Part shown: positions 20,683-33,104 of the stretch, piece after piece
Numbering within the stretch: position 1 is the first letter of the stretch
Layout: each line of letters begins with the position of its first letter
From: Eledone cirrhosa
Lineage: Eukaryota
Length of the DNA stretch: 64,000 bases
NCBI GenBank assembly: GCA_964016885.1
Contig: OZ024742.1
Coordinates: forward strand, 190,898,001-190,962,000
Direction: 5' to 3'
Translations under genes and position numbers: made by a program
Notes under the pieces: generated by a model
Database searches by the model: none
What the model saw: the letters and a program-made list of their open reading frames with translations, nothing else
What the model was told of the DNA's origin: nothing

Positions 20683-20783
20683 TATATATATATATATAGA
20701 TAATAGTCTAAAATATTTCAGAACATGTATCGTTCACTAGAGGAAGTGTGTGTCGGTAGAGAGATAGATAGACAGATAGCTGG

Positions 20784-20861
<78 letters not shown>

Positions 20862-20864
<3 letters not shown>

Positions 20865-20912
20865 TATGTATGTATACGTACATACATATATGTATACAGA
20901 CGTACAGTACCA

Positions 20913-20956
<44 letters not shown>

Positions 20957-21705
20957 CAGGTACACATACATATATGCACGTATCAGTTTAGCGGACGCTC
21001 ATTTTAACGCCGCTTTGTTCGTTTGTAAACAAACTGAACAGCCTGAATTTATGCCGTACGGTGTTAAGGCAACAACGTCACCCTTTTGTTCAACACTGAC
21101 ACAGGAACGATGTACTAGTTTCAAGCTTGTTAGCTATCATCAGCACCGTATACCCTTCTGCCAGATAGTTGAACGTTCGAAAGTATATACTTTCATTATG
21201 AAAATTAACGGCTGAGCAGCCTAATTTGCATATCGAGTGAGTTAAGTCGGTCAGGCATACCGAAAACGATAACTCACTCGATATGCAAATTAGGCTGCTC
21301 AGCCGTTAATTTTCATAATGAAAGTATATACTTTCGAACGTTCAACTATCTGGCAGAAGGGTATACGGTGCTGATGATAGCTAACAAGCTTGAAACTAGT
21401 ACATCGTTCCTGTGTCAGTGTTGAACAAAAGGGTGACGTTGTTGCCTTAACACCGTACGGCATACATTCAGGCTGTTCAGTTTGTTTACAAACGAACAAA
21501 GCGGCGTTATAATGAGCGTCCGCTAAACTGATACGTTCATATATGTATGTGTACCTGTATGTATATATGTATATATATATATATATATATGCATGCTACT
21601 GTACGTCTGTATACATATATGTATGTACGTATACATACATACTTACATTTAAGTAAGTGCCGTACTAAGAGTGAGAAATGAAATTTCGTTTTCATTTTAT
21701 TTCAA

Positions 21706-21708
<3 letters not shown>
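20862..21708 (+). mobile_element. Family B hairpin element (non-coding, HHR-bearing)
   Basis: Arms 20862-21244 and 21270-about 21645, 25-bp spacer, extra 3' tail, (TA)n on both sides. Confidence 0.88.
21366..21406 (+). ncRNA. Type I minimal HHR, family B (mirror copy at 21108-21148, minus)
   Basis: CGGTG-CTGATGA-T-AGCT-AACA-AGCT-T-GAAA-CTAG-TA|CATCG: 5-bp stem I, palindromic ACTAGT stem III, GUA site. Confidence 0.8.
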
Positions 21709-21799
<91 letters not shown>

Positions 21800-22277
21800 A
21801 GACAGAGAGAGATTATAAAGGGAATCGGGGGAGAAATAGGTAAATAAATTAGTGGATTAGAATTTTTAAAAAAGGGTCAGTTCAATGATGACATTAAGGA
21901 AAAAGAATGAAAGTAAAAATGAACGAAATGAGAGAAATATAATCACAACTATTGAGGACAACGAAAAACACACCATAATAAAACATGCAATGAAAATATA
22001 ACAATGATAGAAGCGAAACATCTAAAAAGACATAACAAAACTACGACAATCAGCGAAGTGAATAAACGAAAGTAAAACAAAGATTAACAAGAAAAAATAG
22101 TAAAGAATGGGTGACACAGAATGAAAAGAACAAGAAATGAAAAAGTATTAAAAAAAGTAAAGACGGTAAGGTATCTTAGGGATGCCAGCCAGAAGACAGT
22201 GAGAAGTTAAAACAAGAAGAAAAATGACAGAGAAACAACATAAACGTCAACGGTGATTGAAAACGAAGACATCTTTT

Positions 22278-23720
22278 GGATTTTGTTTCACAAATATGTT
22301 AACGAGACTACTGTTGGTTGCGACTGCGTAAACATACACACGTGTGTGTGTGTGTGTGTATGCATTTCTGTGTATGTGCATGTGCATGTGCATGTGTGTG
22401 CATACATTTCTGTGTGTATGTGTGTGTTTCTGTGACTGTGTTTGTGTGTTTTTCGGTGAGTGTGTATGTGATACTTTGTGTAAATGTGTATGTGTGAGCA
22501 TGCCTTTCTATGTGTATGCGTGTTCATATATTTCTGTGCATGTGTGTTTCGATGAGTGTGTATGAGATACTTTATGTAAATATGTATGTGTGAGCATGCC
22601 TTTTGATCTATGTGTATGTGTGTTCATACATTTCTGTGTGTATGTGTGTGTTTCTGTGAGTGTGTTTCTGTGCGTGTGTGTGTGTTTCGCTGAGTGTGTA
22701 TGTAATACTTTGTGTAAATGTGTATGTGTGCGTATGCCTTTCTGTCTATGTGTATGTGTGTGCATATATTTCTGCATGTACGTGTGTGTGTTTCTGTGAG
22801 TGTGTGTGTGTGTGTGTGTTTCGGTGAGTGTGTATTTGATAGTTTGTGTAGATGTGTACATAATGCTGTGTAAGCGAGTATGATAGTTTGTATGTGAATT
22901 TTATTTGACAAATATGTTAACGAGACTACTGTTGGTTGCGACTGCGTAAACGTACACACATGTGTGTATGTGTGTGTGTGTGTGTATGCATGTGTGTATG
23001 TGTATGTATGTGTGTGCATTCATTTCTATGTGTATGTGATTGTTTCTCTGTGTGTCTGTTTCGGTGCGTGTGTATGTGATACTTTGTAATGTGGATTTTG
23101 TTTGACAAATATTTTAACGAGACTATTGTTGGTTGCGTCTGCGCAAACATACTCGTGTGTGTGTGTGCGTGTGTGTTTCGGTGAGTGTGTATGTGATACA
23201 TTGTGTAAATGTGTATATAATGCTGTGTAAGTGAGTATGATACTTTGTAATGTGGATTTTGTTTGACAAATATGTTACCGAGACTACTGTTGGTTGCGTC
23301 TACTCAAACATGCACATGTGTGTGTGTGAGCATGCATTTATGTGTGTATGTGTGTGTGTGTGTGTGTGTTTGTCTGTTTCGGTGAGTGTGTACGTGTTAC
23401 GTTGTGTAAGTGTGTATGTTTCGCTGTATAAACGAGTGTGAGTGTGATTGTAGATTTCGTTTGAAAAATCTTTTACGGAGAATACTGTTGGTTGCGTCTG
23501 CGCAAACATATGCGCGTGTGTGTGAGTATGTGTGAGTGTGTGTGTGTGTGTGTGAGTGTGTGTGTGTGTGTGTGTTTCTGTGGATGTGTATATATTATTT
23601 TATGTAAATGCGTATTGTGTACACTATGCAAATAAGTGTAATTGTGCGTATTTAGGTATGTGTCTTTCGTTTCACAAATATTTTAACGGGCCTACTGTTG
23701 GTTGTATCTGGACAAACACA
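22278..23720. repeat. Degenerate tandem repeat with a conserved ~55-bp core and TG-rich spacers
   Basis: TTTGACAAATATGTTAACGAGACTACTGTTGGTTGCG.CTGCG.AAAC at about 22280, 22900, 23095, 23257, 23455 and 23670. Confidence 0.75.
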
Positions 23721-24080
23721 CTCGCACGCATGTGTGTCACTGTATGCATTCTACGTGTGTGTGTTTGTGTAAATGTATATGTTACTCTGTGTAAGTAAGT
23801 GGATTGCGTGTATATAGGTCTTTTCGTACGTGAGTAATTGCGTCTGGGTGTGGTATCTTTCTGCTTGTAAGTGTATCACTATATGTGTGTGTTTTGGTGT
23901 GTGTGTATGCGTGTATGTGTGTGTGTGTGTTTGGGTTTTTGTCTCACTGTGTGTATCTGTGTTTGATCACAACCTGTATCTGTCTATGTGTGTGTGAGAG
24001 CATGTGTCTCGCTGTGTATAGTTGCATGTATTTCTGAGTTACTCTGTGAAAATACGTGCGTGTATATATAATATATGAAT

Positions 24081-24117
<37 letters not shown>

Positions 24118-24394
24118 CATGATGGTTTTTTTTTTAACTTTTTAATTTTTTAAAGTGGAAGAATACTTAAATTACGGTCCTCTTTCTTGAAGAAACACAG
24201 ATTTTTCACGCCATTTATTATTAGATATACAGATCCACAAACAATGCATGTGGGAATACGTAAGTGTGCGTATATGTACGCGCGCATCTATGCATGTTTC
24301 TATATATGTATACACACACGAATATATATATAAATGTATAGACCGAGGACATGTATATATATATATATATATATATAATGCATAGACCGAGGAC

Positions 24395-24438
<44 letters not shown>

Positions 24439-24497
24439 GTGGAAAAGTAAGAAATCAGAGAACAGACCGTTAATACATATTTATTTAAAACAGCACT

Positions 24498-24528
24498 TAC
24501 GTACGTTTCGCCCAGTTGGGCTTGTCAA
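24498..24528 (-). ncRNA. HHR-like motif with U3-A8 core; stem I not evident
   Basis: TTGACAA-GCCC-AACT-GGGC-GAAA-CGTACG-TA. Confidence 0.5.
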
Positions 24529-25459
24529 CGGCCTAAATAACCAAAAGTGTTACTTACATTGCTCGGAAAGTGTTTTGGGGGTTAAGTTCACGTCATAATT
24601 CATTCTCTCGCCCACTAAATATTAACACTTCTACTATTTAATACTGCCGGCACTAGTATTGAGCACCTTTTGCATACGCTATTTGGCAAGTAACTACATG
24701 TATCACTTATCCTTCCTTTTTTCTCTCTCTTGATACGTAAATACTTTATTAAATATATATATATATATATAAATATATATATACATAGAATACACAAGAA
24801 TCAAAGCTATGTTAGAACATTTAATTGCTGACAATTGTTTCTTCCAAGCCTAGGCTTCGAGTCTTCGGAGCATTATTAATAATGTTTGTACATATAATCA
24901 GCCTCCTATTCTGCTGAGAGTTATACAGATAACAGTGGACAACAGCGTGTGATGGATAAAATTCAAAATTACAATTAAATGCTTTTGGTGGAGCATGTGA
25001 CAGATAATACAAGAGCATCTAGTAGATAAATAAAATTAAAGAGACAGTACGTGCGTTAGTCATACATAAAGCAATTGAACAGGCAAAAGTATCAAGCATA
25101 TATGAATGCTGGGTGTTGCATAAAAAATACAAGCACATAAAGCAGGTGTGTTAATATATTATGGTGGTTGCAATGCTGAGATATTTTCAGTGTAGATCGA
25201 ATATGTGTGTATGTAGAATAAGAAAGTTCCAGGTTTCACATCCATTACATATGTCACGATGTATTTGTGTTGAGTGTTTGTTATAGTAATGGCTTGTAAT
25301 GTAAAGTAACTTAGTTTTATTTAGTCCGTACCGTATTTGTATAGATGGGAGAATTTACTACTGTTTAATACCCGGAAGTAGGGAATGGGAGTAAGGGGAG
25401 CGAATGCGTATGGGGAGGTAACTAGCTCATTATAATAATAATTAAACTCATTGTTCTAA

Positions 25460-26252
25460 TAATTAAACGTCTCTACCAACTTACCTAGGGCCTTCTTCTC
25501 AATCCTAGAAAGAAACTTCCCATCGGGCCACAAGTACCATAGGCTTTTAAATAAAACACCATTAAAATCTCCTACTCTACCACACCTAACATAGCATACC
25601 ATATAGCTAGTAGTAATAAAAGAAAAATTAATACTGATCTCCATCAAATTAAAACACAACAAGAGGGGAACTTTCGAAACAACATAATAACTACTAACCC
25701 TAATAGCAATAATAATAATAGTAGTAACAATATTGAAATCAATAACATTGGGACCGACATCCAGCATAGCCCTAATGCAATACCTAGCAACCAGACTTCT
25801 ACGCAGCATAATAACCGACGAGATATAACCCAAAATAAATGTAACTTTAGATCTAATAGAAACTGCCCTTTAGGTAACAACTGCTTAATCAAGGACATCA
25901 TTTACTCATGCACGGTCAACACTCTTCTAAAACCTATATAGGCTCCACTTCGAACTGCTTCAAGACGAGATACAACTCACACATTCACTCTTTCAGAAAG
26001 CACAATCTAACCAACTCCACTTCACTATCTAGCTACATACACTATCTGAAAACTAAGAATAGATCATATACACTTCAATGGGAAGTAGTAGGTAGAGCAT
26101 CATCGTATAAACTACCTAATAAATTTTGTAACCTCTGTCTTCTAGAGACCCATACTATAATATTTTCGCACCTTAATAAAAAATCGTAAATGTTTGCATC
26201 GTGCCAGCACCGCTTCCAACACACTTTCCAAAGCTTTAAACCTAGTATATAG
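25460..26252 (+). pseudogene. PLE thumb/linker + GIY-YIG endonuclease remnant
   Basis: ILERNFPSGHKYHRLLN, KISYSTTPN, CN.R...NCPLGNNCL..DIIY, TYIGST...FKTRY..H..SF, CNLCLLE and SCQHR; frameshifts and a stop; homologous to 60505-61251. Confidence 0.85.
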
Positions 26253-27538
26253 CAATGTCAGTTTTGAACTCAGCACCTCCATTAGCACTTCACTTTGCAT
26301 TGCACCACTACACCACACTCTTTGATCAACACTTTCCTCTACACAATTCAGTCGACCTATAACTCGATACCCTTAATATAGTAAAATTAGATTACTTATA
26401 ATTATATAGTGATGGAAATATAAGTTGGATAAACTTTAAATATTAAACGTGACAATGAATTATATATACATTTTCAATTAAATGTAAAAATTAATATCAT
26501 TGTATATATAGGATTAATGTAGGGGCATAAGGGATTTATCTAACTTAAATGCAATATGGAACAATGAATTATGTATACATCTATAATTAAATGTATGGAT
26601 TAACATTAATAACATTGTATATAAGGGATGTGTTTATTTACTCTAGAGATATATCTACCTTACCATGCAAACAGCTATACGGTATTACATAGCCTACCAT
26701 ATACTAGGTAGACAGCAATCTAGCAAAACCTTTGATATATTTTGGGAGGGTAGACTGTATCTAAGATTAAATTAATATAAATATATAACACTTTGTATGG
26801 GAAACTCAATTATGGCACTTTATAATACTTGATAGGCAACTTTATAATGATACCTTAATGTATTAGGAGAGAGTAGACTGGGTTTAAATTAAATAAAATT
26901 AAATATAAATATATAGTTTCTATATTAGGCCCTCAATTATAACACTATATAAAGTCCCTTAGAACAATCAGTTTAATTATTATTATAATGAGCTAGTTAC
27001 CTCCCAATACGCATTAGCTCCCCTTACTTCCATTACCAATCCGGGTATTAAACAGTAGTACATTCTCCCAGCTATACAAATACGGTACAGACTAAATAAA
27101 ACTAATTTACTTTACATTACAAGCCATTACTATAACAAACACTCAACACAAATACATCGTGACATATGTAATGGATGTGAAACCTGGAACTTTTTTTATT
27201 CTACACACATACATATTCGATCTACACTGAAAATATCTCAGCATTGCAACCACCATAATATATTAACACACCTGCTTTATGTGCTTGTATTTTTTATCCA
27301 ACACCCAGCATTCATATATGCTTGATACTTTTGCCTGTTCAATTGCTTTATGTATGACTAACGCACGTACTGTCTCTTTAATTTTATTTATCTACTAGAC
27401 GCTCTTGTATTATCTGTCACATGCTCCACCAAAAGCTTTTAATTGTAATTTTGAATTTTACCCATCACACACTGTTGTCCACAATATGTATCTGTATGAC
27501 TCTTCAGCAGAATAGGAGGCTGATTATATGTAAAACAT

Positions 27539-27844
27539 TGAGTTCAAATCCCGCCGAGGTTAAATTTGCCTTTCATCCCTACGGGGTCGATAAAATAAAG
27601 TACCAGTAATACACTGGGATAATTGCTAGCCTTGTGCCAAAAGTAGCAACAGTTATTAATAATTGTTTCTACATTAGGCACAAGGCGAGCAATTATCCAG
27701 TATATTGCTGGTACTTTATTTTATCGACCCCGTAAGGATGAAAGGCAAAGTTAACCTTGGCGGGATTTGAACTCAGATCGTAAAGGGACGTAACTATGCT
27801 AGAAAGCATGGCGTCCATGCCTCTACCGATACTGCCAATTCACC
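27539..27844. mobile_element. Tail-to-tail pair of Deu/Nin SINEs inserted in one arm of the PLE hairpin
   Basis: Plus copy 27539-27660 and minus copy 27661-27844; absent from the mirror arm near 24880. Confidence 0.85.
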
Positions 27845-27863
27845 GCGAAACAATTATTAATAA

Positions 27864-27910
27864 TGCTCCGATGACTCCAAGCCTAGGCTTGGAAGAAACA
27901 ATTGTCAGCA
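27864..27910 (+). ncRNA. Type I HHR variant (mirror copy at 24826-24872, minus)
   Basis: TGCT-CCGATGA-C-TCCAAGCC-TA-GGCTTGGA-A-GAAA-CAATTG-TC|AGCA. Confidence 0.7.
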
Positions 27911-28122
27911 ATTAAATGTTCTAACATAGCATTGATTCTTGTGTATTCTATATAACTTCTCTGTATAACAAATGATGTTCTTACATTGAGCTATTTATCT
28001 TACTGGTAATAAGGTAGTAATAAATTACTGACAATACCTGTTTATAGTTGTATATAGTATATATATAACTATAAATAGTATCGTTAACATTATATATATA
28101 TACATATATATGTATACATACA

Positions 28123-28203
<81 letters not shown>

Positions 28204-28204
28204 G

Positions 28205-28265
<61 letters not shown>
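28123..28265. repeat. (TATC)n microsatellite
   Basis: Direct reading. Confidence 0.95.
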
Positions 28266-28299
<34 letters not shown>

Positions 28300-28434
28300 A
28301 AGTGAGGTTTTTTTTACAAAATGAAAAATAACCGAGGTGTCCTACACGAGTGAAAGTATAATGAAAAAAAGATGAAATCTAAAATGCGACTGGAGTTTTA
28401 TTTAAAAAAATATATATATATATTTATTTGGTTC

Positions 28435-28470
28435 CTTTACCGGTTTCGCAGTTCTCCTGATTTTCAAAAG
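28435..28470 (-). ncRNA. Degenerate HHR-like motif
   Basis: CTT-TTGAAAA-T-CAG-GAGAA-CTG-C-GAAA-CCGG-TA|AAG. Confidence 0.4.
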
Positions 28471-28682
28471 TACAGTTGAGATGGAGGGTCTGTGGTTTTT
28501 CTCACATCTGGTTGGTCTTTGAATGTTACTTGTTTTATATGGAAAAAAGTGGCTCGAAACGCCAGGTTTTTAGAGAAGTAATTTGATTGGTTGGTATAAT
28601 AAATTTCGTGCCAGTTCGCGTTACAAAGTTCTTCAAACAAGGGGGGGGGCCTCAGGTTGCTTTTTCATATATGAGTGTTTGA

Positions 28683-28863
28683 AACGAAGCAAGTGTGGAC
28701 CATAACGCACCAGATTACTCAATATTTAGTGTAGTAGAGTGGGTAATAGGAGAATGTTTAACCCCGACAGCAGAACTCAAGCCGTTTCGATGGCTATTTC
28801 TGGACTCGAGTCCAGACATAGCCGTCGAAACGGCTTGAGCTCTGCCGTCGGGGTTAATTGTTT

Positions 28864-28867
<4 letters not shown>
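28683..28867 (-). mobile_element. Short family A hairpin copy (diverged)
   Basis: Tail + 3' half of the HHR, with fold-back at CTGGAC-TCGA-GTCCAG. Confidence 0.8.
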
Positions 28868-28914
<47 letters not shown>

Positions 28915-29690
28915 CATGCATACCCATGCACACACTCATACTCAAACACACATATACACACATATTGAGAAATATTGATGTGTCTCTGAATATATTTTGG
29001 ATATCTCTGTTCATTTTCGGTTGTCTTTTTCTCCCATCACACCTCCAACCCCACCACCATCACCATTACACACCAACACCCACCAACATCTGAATTCACA
29101 TTCATAAACGTTGAATATTCCACATAGTGACACCTTAGTTTATTCACTTCTCCTTCTCTCACATCTTCTCCCACCTCTTCTTGAAACATGTCTTCAATCA
29201 TGCCAACTGGTCGGTCCTTTCTAGAAATACCATACCATTTTTCTCTCGGTTCTTGTGACATCACTACCCCATTTAACGCATCCTTCTTAAGGAGATTATT
29301 TACACTTATTCCATGACTGATGTAAGATTCAGACAGAAGCCAAAGTCGATTGGAGTATTCTCTAAGCAGCTATTTTTATCGTTTATTTTATTTCATTTTA
29401 TTTTATTATCGAACTCTGCCCCACCCTCTGCCCCACCGTCTCTTAGGCAGTCATTTTTGTCGTTTATTTTATTTTGTTTTATTATCGACACCCCACCTAT
29501 CTCTACTTCCTCCACAGTCTCTCTTATGAAACATGACATCTGATTTGATTTCATAGGCGATAGAGTGTGGTTTCTTTTATGTAAACCTTGTTGGGACGTA
29601 AGGAAAACTTAAGAAGTGTGTTGTAGACCAGTGACATACTCCAATGTACAAAATGTTTCTTTTTGTATATAAATATGTATATATATATAT

Positions 29691-29888
29691 AACGAAGGAA
29701 ATGTGGTAAGGAACCAGGTGGACCATAACGCACCAAAGTACTCAATACTTAGAGTAGTAGAGTGGGTAATAGGAACGAGTAGGACCCCGACGGCTGAGCT
29801 CAAGCCGTTTCGACGGCTAATTCTGGACGTCCAGAATTAGCCGTCGAAACGGCTTGAGCTCAGCCGTCGGGGTCCTACTCGTTCCTAT
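29691..29888 (-). mobile_element. Short family A hairpin copy
   Basis: Perfect palindrome centred on CTGGAC|GTCCAG plus tail, in (TA)n. Confidence 0.85.
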
Positions 29889-29904
29889 ATATATATATAT
29901 ATAT

Positions 29905-31530
29905 ATCGTTATACTTGGGGAGGGTCATATTTGTGTAATAATATTGCCAGAATTAATAACAGAACACACTCACTGTTTGGTTGGTTTTCGATTCTGTGTC
30001 TTTTATATCGGTTAATTTAATTTATTCGGTCCTCAATGTTACCATTGACTGACCAACGGTCAAAAATACAGATATAATATAGACACAAACACATATATAT
30101 AGTCTAACAAAGTTCTTTCGTTGCATATCTGCAACATCATCAGTGGTGCTATTATGTTTCCTCCCGTTGTATTGTATGCCTACGCCATCTTTATTTAGTC
30201 AGTTTATTTATTTATTTATTTTGTCTTCTCTGCGCATGCGTTTGCGTGTGTGTTTAGTGTTTGATGTGTGTTCATGTCTGGGTGACTGTGTATAGGTTAT
30301 TGTATTCTATCTTAGTTTACTAGTGTGTGTTTATGTGTTTGCTGTTATTGTGCTTGTGTATGTATGTATTTATTTATTTATCCTTCTCCTAGTTCAGTAT
30401 TGTTTGTTTGGGTGTTGTTGTTATTCCATTCATTTTTACTGTTTAGCCTTGGCCTTCTAAGTTCTATTTCACTGGCCTCTCTGATTTGCCTATCTGCTGG
30501 GTCATTTCTATGTTTAGATATTATTCTAATTTCTATGTTGTCTATGTTACCGTCGTTTTGTTGTCTAGGATGTTCGTATAGTACTGAACCATTTTCGTCC
30601 TTTAATTTCCCCCCGGTGTTGGTCTATCCTTTCACCTATGCTACGAGCTGTCTCGTCTATGTATGTTGTTGTCATGTTTCTGCAAGTACCCTCTGCACAG
30701 CTTATGCTATAGACTACGTTTCTAGTTTTTCAGTTTATCCGGGGGTTTACTTTACATATAATACATTTCCTATTAGTACAGTGGGTTTTCTTAAAAGGGT
30801 AGCAAAACCTACCCTTTTACAACAACACGACAGTAACATAGATAACGTAGAAATTAGAATAATATCTAAACATAGAAATGACCCAGCAGATAGGCAAATC
30901 AGAGAGGCCAGCGAAATAGAACTTAGAAGGCCAAGGCTAAACAGAAAAAAATGAATGGAATAACAACAAAACCCAAACACACATTACTGACCTAAGAGAA
31001 GTATAAATAAATAAATAAATAAATAAATACACAAGCACAATAACAACAAACACATAAACACACACTAGTAAACTAAGATATAATACAATAACCAATACAC
31101 AGTCACCCAAACACGAACACACATCAAACACTATACACACACGCAAACGCATGCGCAGAGAAGACAAAAAAAAATAAAAGAAAAGAAACAGACTAAATAA
31201 AGATGACGTAGGCATACAATACAACGGGAGGAAACATAATAGCACCACTGAGGATGTTGCAGATGTGCAACGAAAGAACTTTGTTAGACTATATATATGT
31301 GTTTGTGTCTATATTATATGTGTATTGTTGACCGTTGGTCAGTCAATGGTAACATTGAGGACCGAATAAATTAAATTAACCGATATAAAAGACAGAGAAG
31401 CGAAAACCAACCAAACAGTGAGTGTGTTCTGTTATTAATTCTGGCAATATTATTACACAAATATGACCCTCCCCAAGTATAACAATATTTGTTTCGGAAC
31501 ACGATTTCATATCAAAAACCTCGCAAAACT
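29905..31530 (+). mobile_element. 5'-truncated PLE hairpin (family C)
   Basis: Arms about 29908-30560 and 30830-31485; GIY-YIG C-terminal motif RQIREASEIELRRPRLN (to 30954); 3' tail to (TA)n. Confidence 0.85.
31244..31284 (+). ncRNA. Minimal HHR, family C (mirror copy at about 30103-30145, minus, with CTGATGA)
   Basis: ACCA-CTGAGGA-T-GTTGCA-GATG-TGCAAC-GAAA-GAAC-TT|TGTT. Confidence 0.65.
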
Positions 31531-31604
31531 ATATATATATATATATATATATTTGTGTGTGTGTGTATGTATGTGCGTGTGTATATCTATATGAGTGGCA
31601 GGTA

Positions 31605-31682
<78 letters not shown>

Positions 31683-31685
31683 TGT

Positions 31686-31763
<78 letters not shown>

Positions 31764-31930
31764 TTGTGTGTGTGTATTTGTGTATCTGTGTCACTGCGTG
31801 CATTTCGTATCATTATATCGTTAGTGACATTTAACATATCACATAACTCCTATAAAAACACATCGACGTTCCGCTATTCCTAGTGTCTTGGTTAATGAGA
31901 GCACTGATGCTTTCCATTCATTTTCCAATA

Positions 31931-31984
<54 letters not shown>

Positions 31985-32270
31985 GTGTGTATGTGTTTAT
32001 GTATGTATGCAAAAAACTGTCGTTTGACCGAAAGCGTAAAGAAGCCCGAATCGAAATATCAAATTCAATCTCGATCCCACCAAATGTACCTGAACTTGAC
32101 ACCAGGACCCAGCCATATTACTTTAAAACTAAACCTTGACATACACACGCATACGTACATATATACATGCATACATAATTACATATATATATACACAAAT
32201 ATACACCCCCCCACACACAGATACATATATATATATATTTATAAACAAACAAATATATATATAATAATAC

Positions 32271-32355
<85 letters not shown>

Positions 32356-32360
32356 TAGAT

Positions 32361-33089
32361 AGATAATTTAATATATCAACTAACATAAGCGCACATATGC
32401 ACGCCTATGCCAGCAAATACACAGGTTATGTCATAGTACCTAGGTGGTTCAATGCAGGAGGATGCAGAACAATAATATAAAAGACGTAAAATAAGAAAAT
32501 CTTTTTCAAAAAAATTTTTTTAAAACATTTTTTACTTACTTACTTAAATTTTCACTCCAACTAATTAGTTTCTGCAATGGGATAAAGACAGTTACGTAAT
32601 CTAACTGTCGAGAATTCATTGCGTCATCAGGGAGTCTATTCTCAGCTAAGTCTCCAGGCAATGCGCGGACACTGGCGGCTCATATAAAAATAATAATAAT
32701 TCGGTAGATGGAACTGCTGGCGAGGACTGAATTCCATGCACTGAAATCCTCACTGCTTCTAGTCAAATGGCCGATTCTAAAGAATCAATCACGTGACACA
32801 GAGGCTAGTCAGAAGGAATGGGATGGTAAGATGACTGACGCCTACTAACACCCCCCCAAAAAAATTTTTTAGAAGTGGTTTTGGCAGGTTTGCTCGACAA
32901 ATCAGTGATTTGGAGATAAATATAGATAATTTAATATATCAACTAACATAAGCGCACAGATGCACGCCTATGCCAGCAAATACACAGGTTATGTCATAGT
33001 ACCTAGGTGGTTCAATGCAGGAGGATGCAGAACAATAATATAAAAGACCTAAAATAAGAAAATCTTTTTCAAAAAAATTTTTTTTAAAA
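32361..33089 (-). mobile_element. Retrozyme-like partial tandem (family D), period 563 bp
   Basis: ~165-bp direct repeats 32361-32525 / 32924-33089, no ORF, one HHR, microsatellite flanks. Confidence 0.75.
32554..32635 (-). ncRNA. Type I HHR with extended stem II
   Basis: ACTCC-CTGATGA-C-GCAATG..GACAGTTA-GATTACG-TAACTGTC..CATTGC-A-GAAA-CTAATTAG-TT|GGAGT. Confidence 0.82.
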
Positions 33090-33104
33090 ATATATATATA
33101 TATA

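Larger units (their letters stand above)
24786..28090 (+). mobile_element. 5'-truncated PLE (Naiad-like) with a ~670-bp inverted copy of its 3' end
   Basis: 24786-25458 is the reverse complement of about 26960-27952 excluding the SINE insert; GIY-YIG remnant between; HHR in both arms. Confidence 0.85.

Noticed and set aside
22278-23720. CRISPR-like repeat-spacer appearance
   Set aside because: Eukaryotic context, irregular low-complexity spacers, no cas genes
30325-30954. 209-aa ORF across the family C hairpin
   Set aside because: Chimera of the antisense arm and spacer; only the C-terminal end is real GIY-YIG sequence
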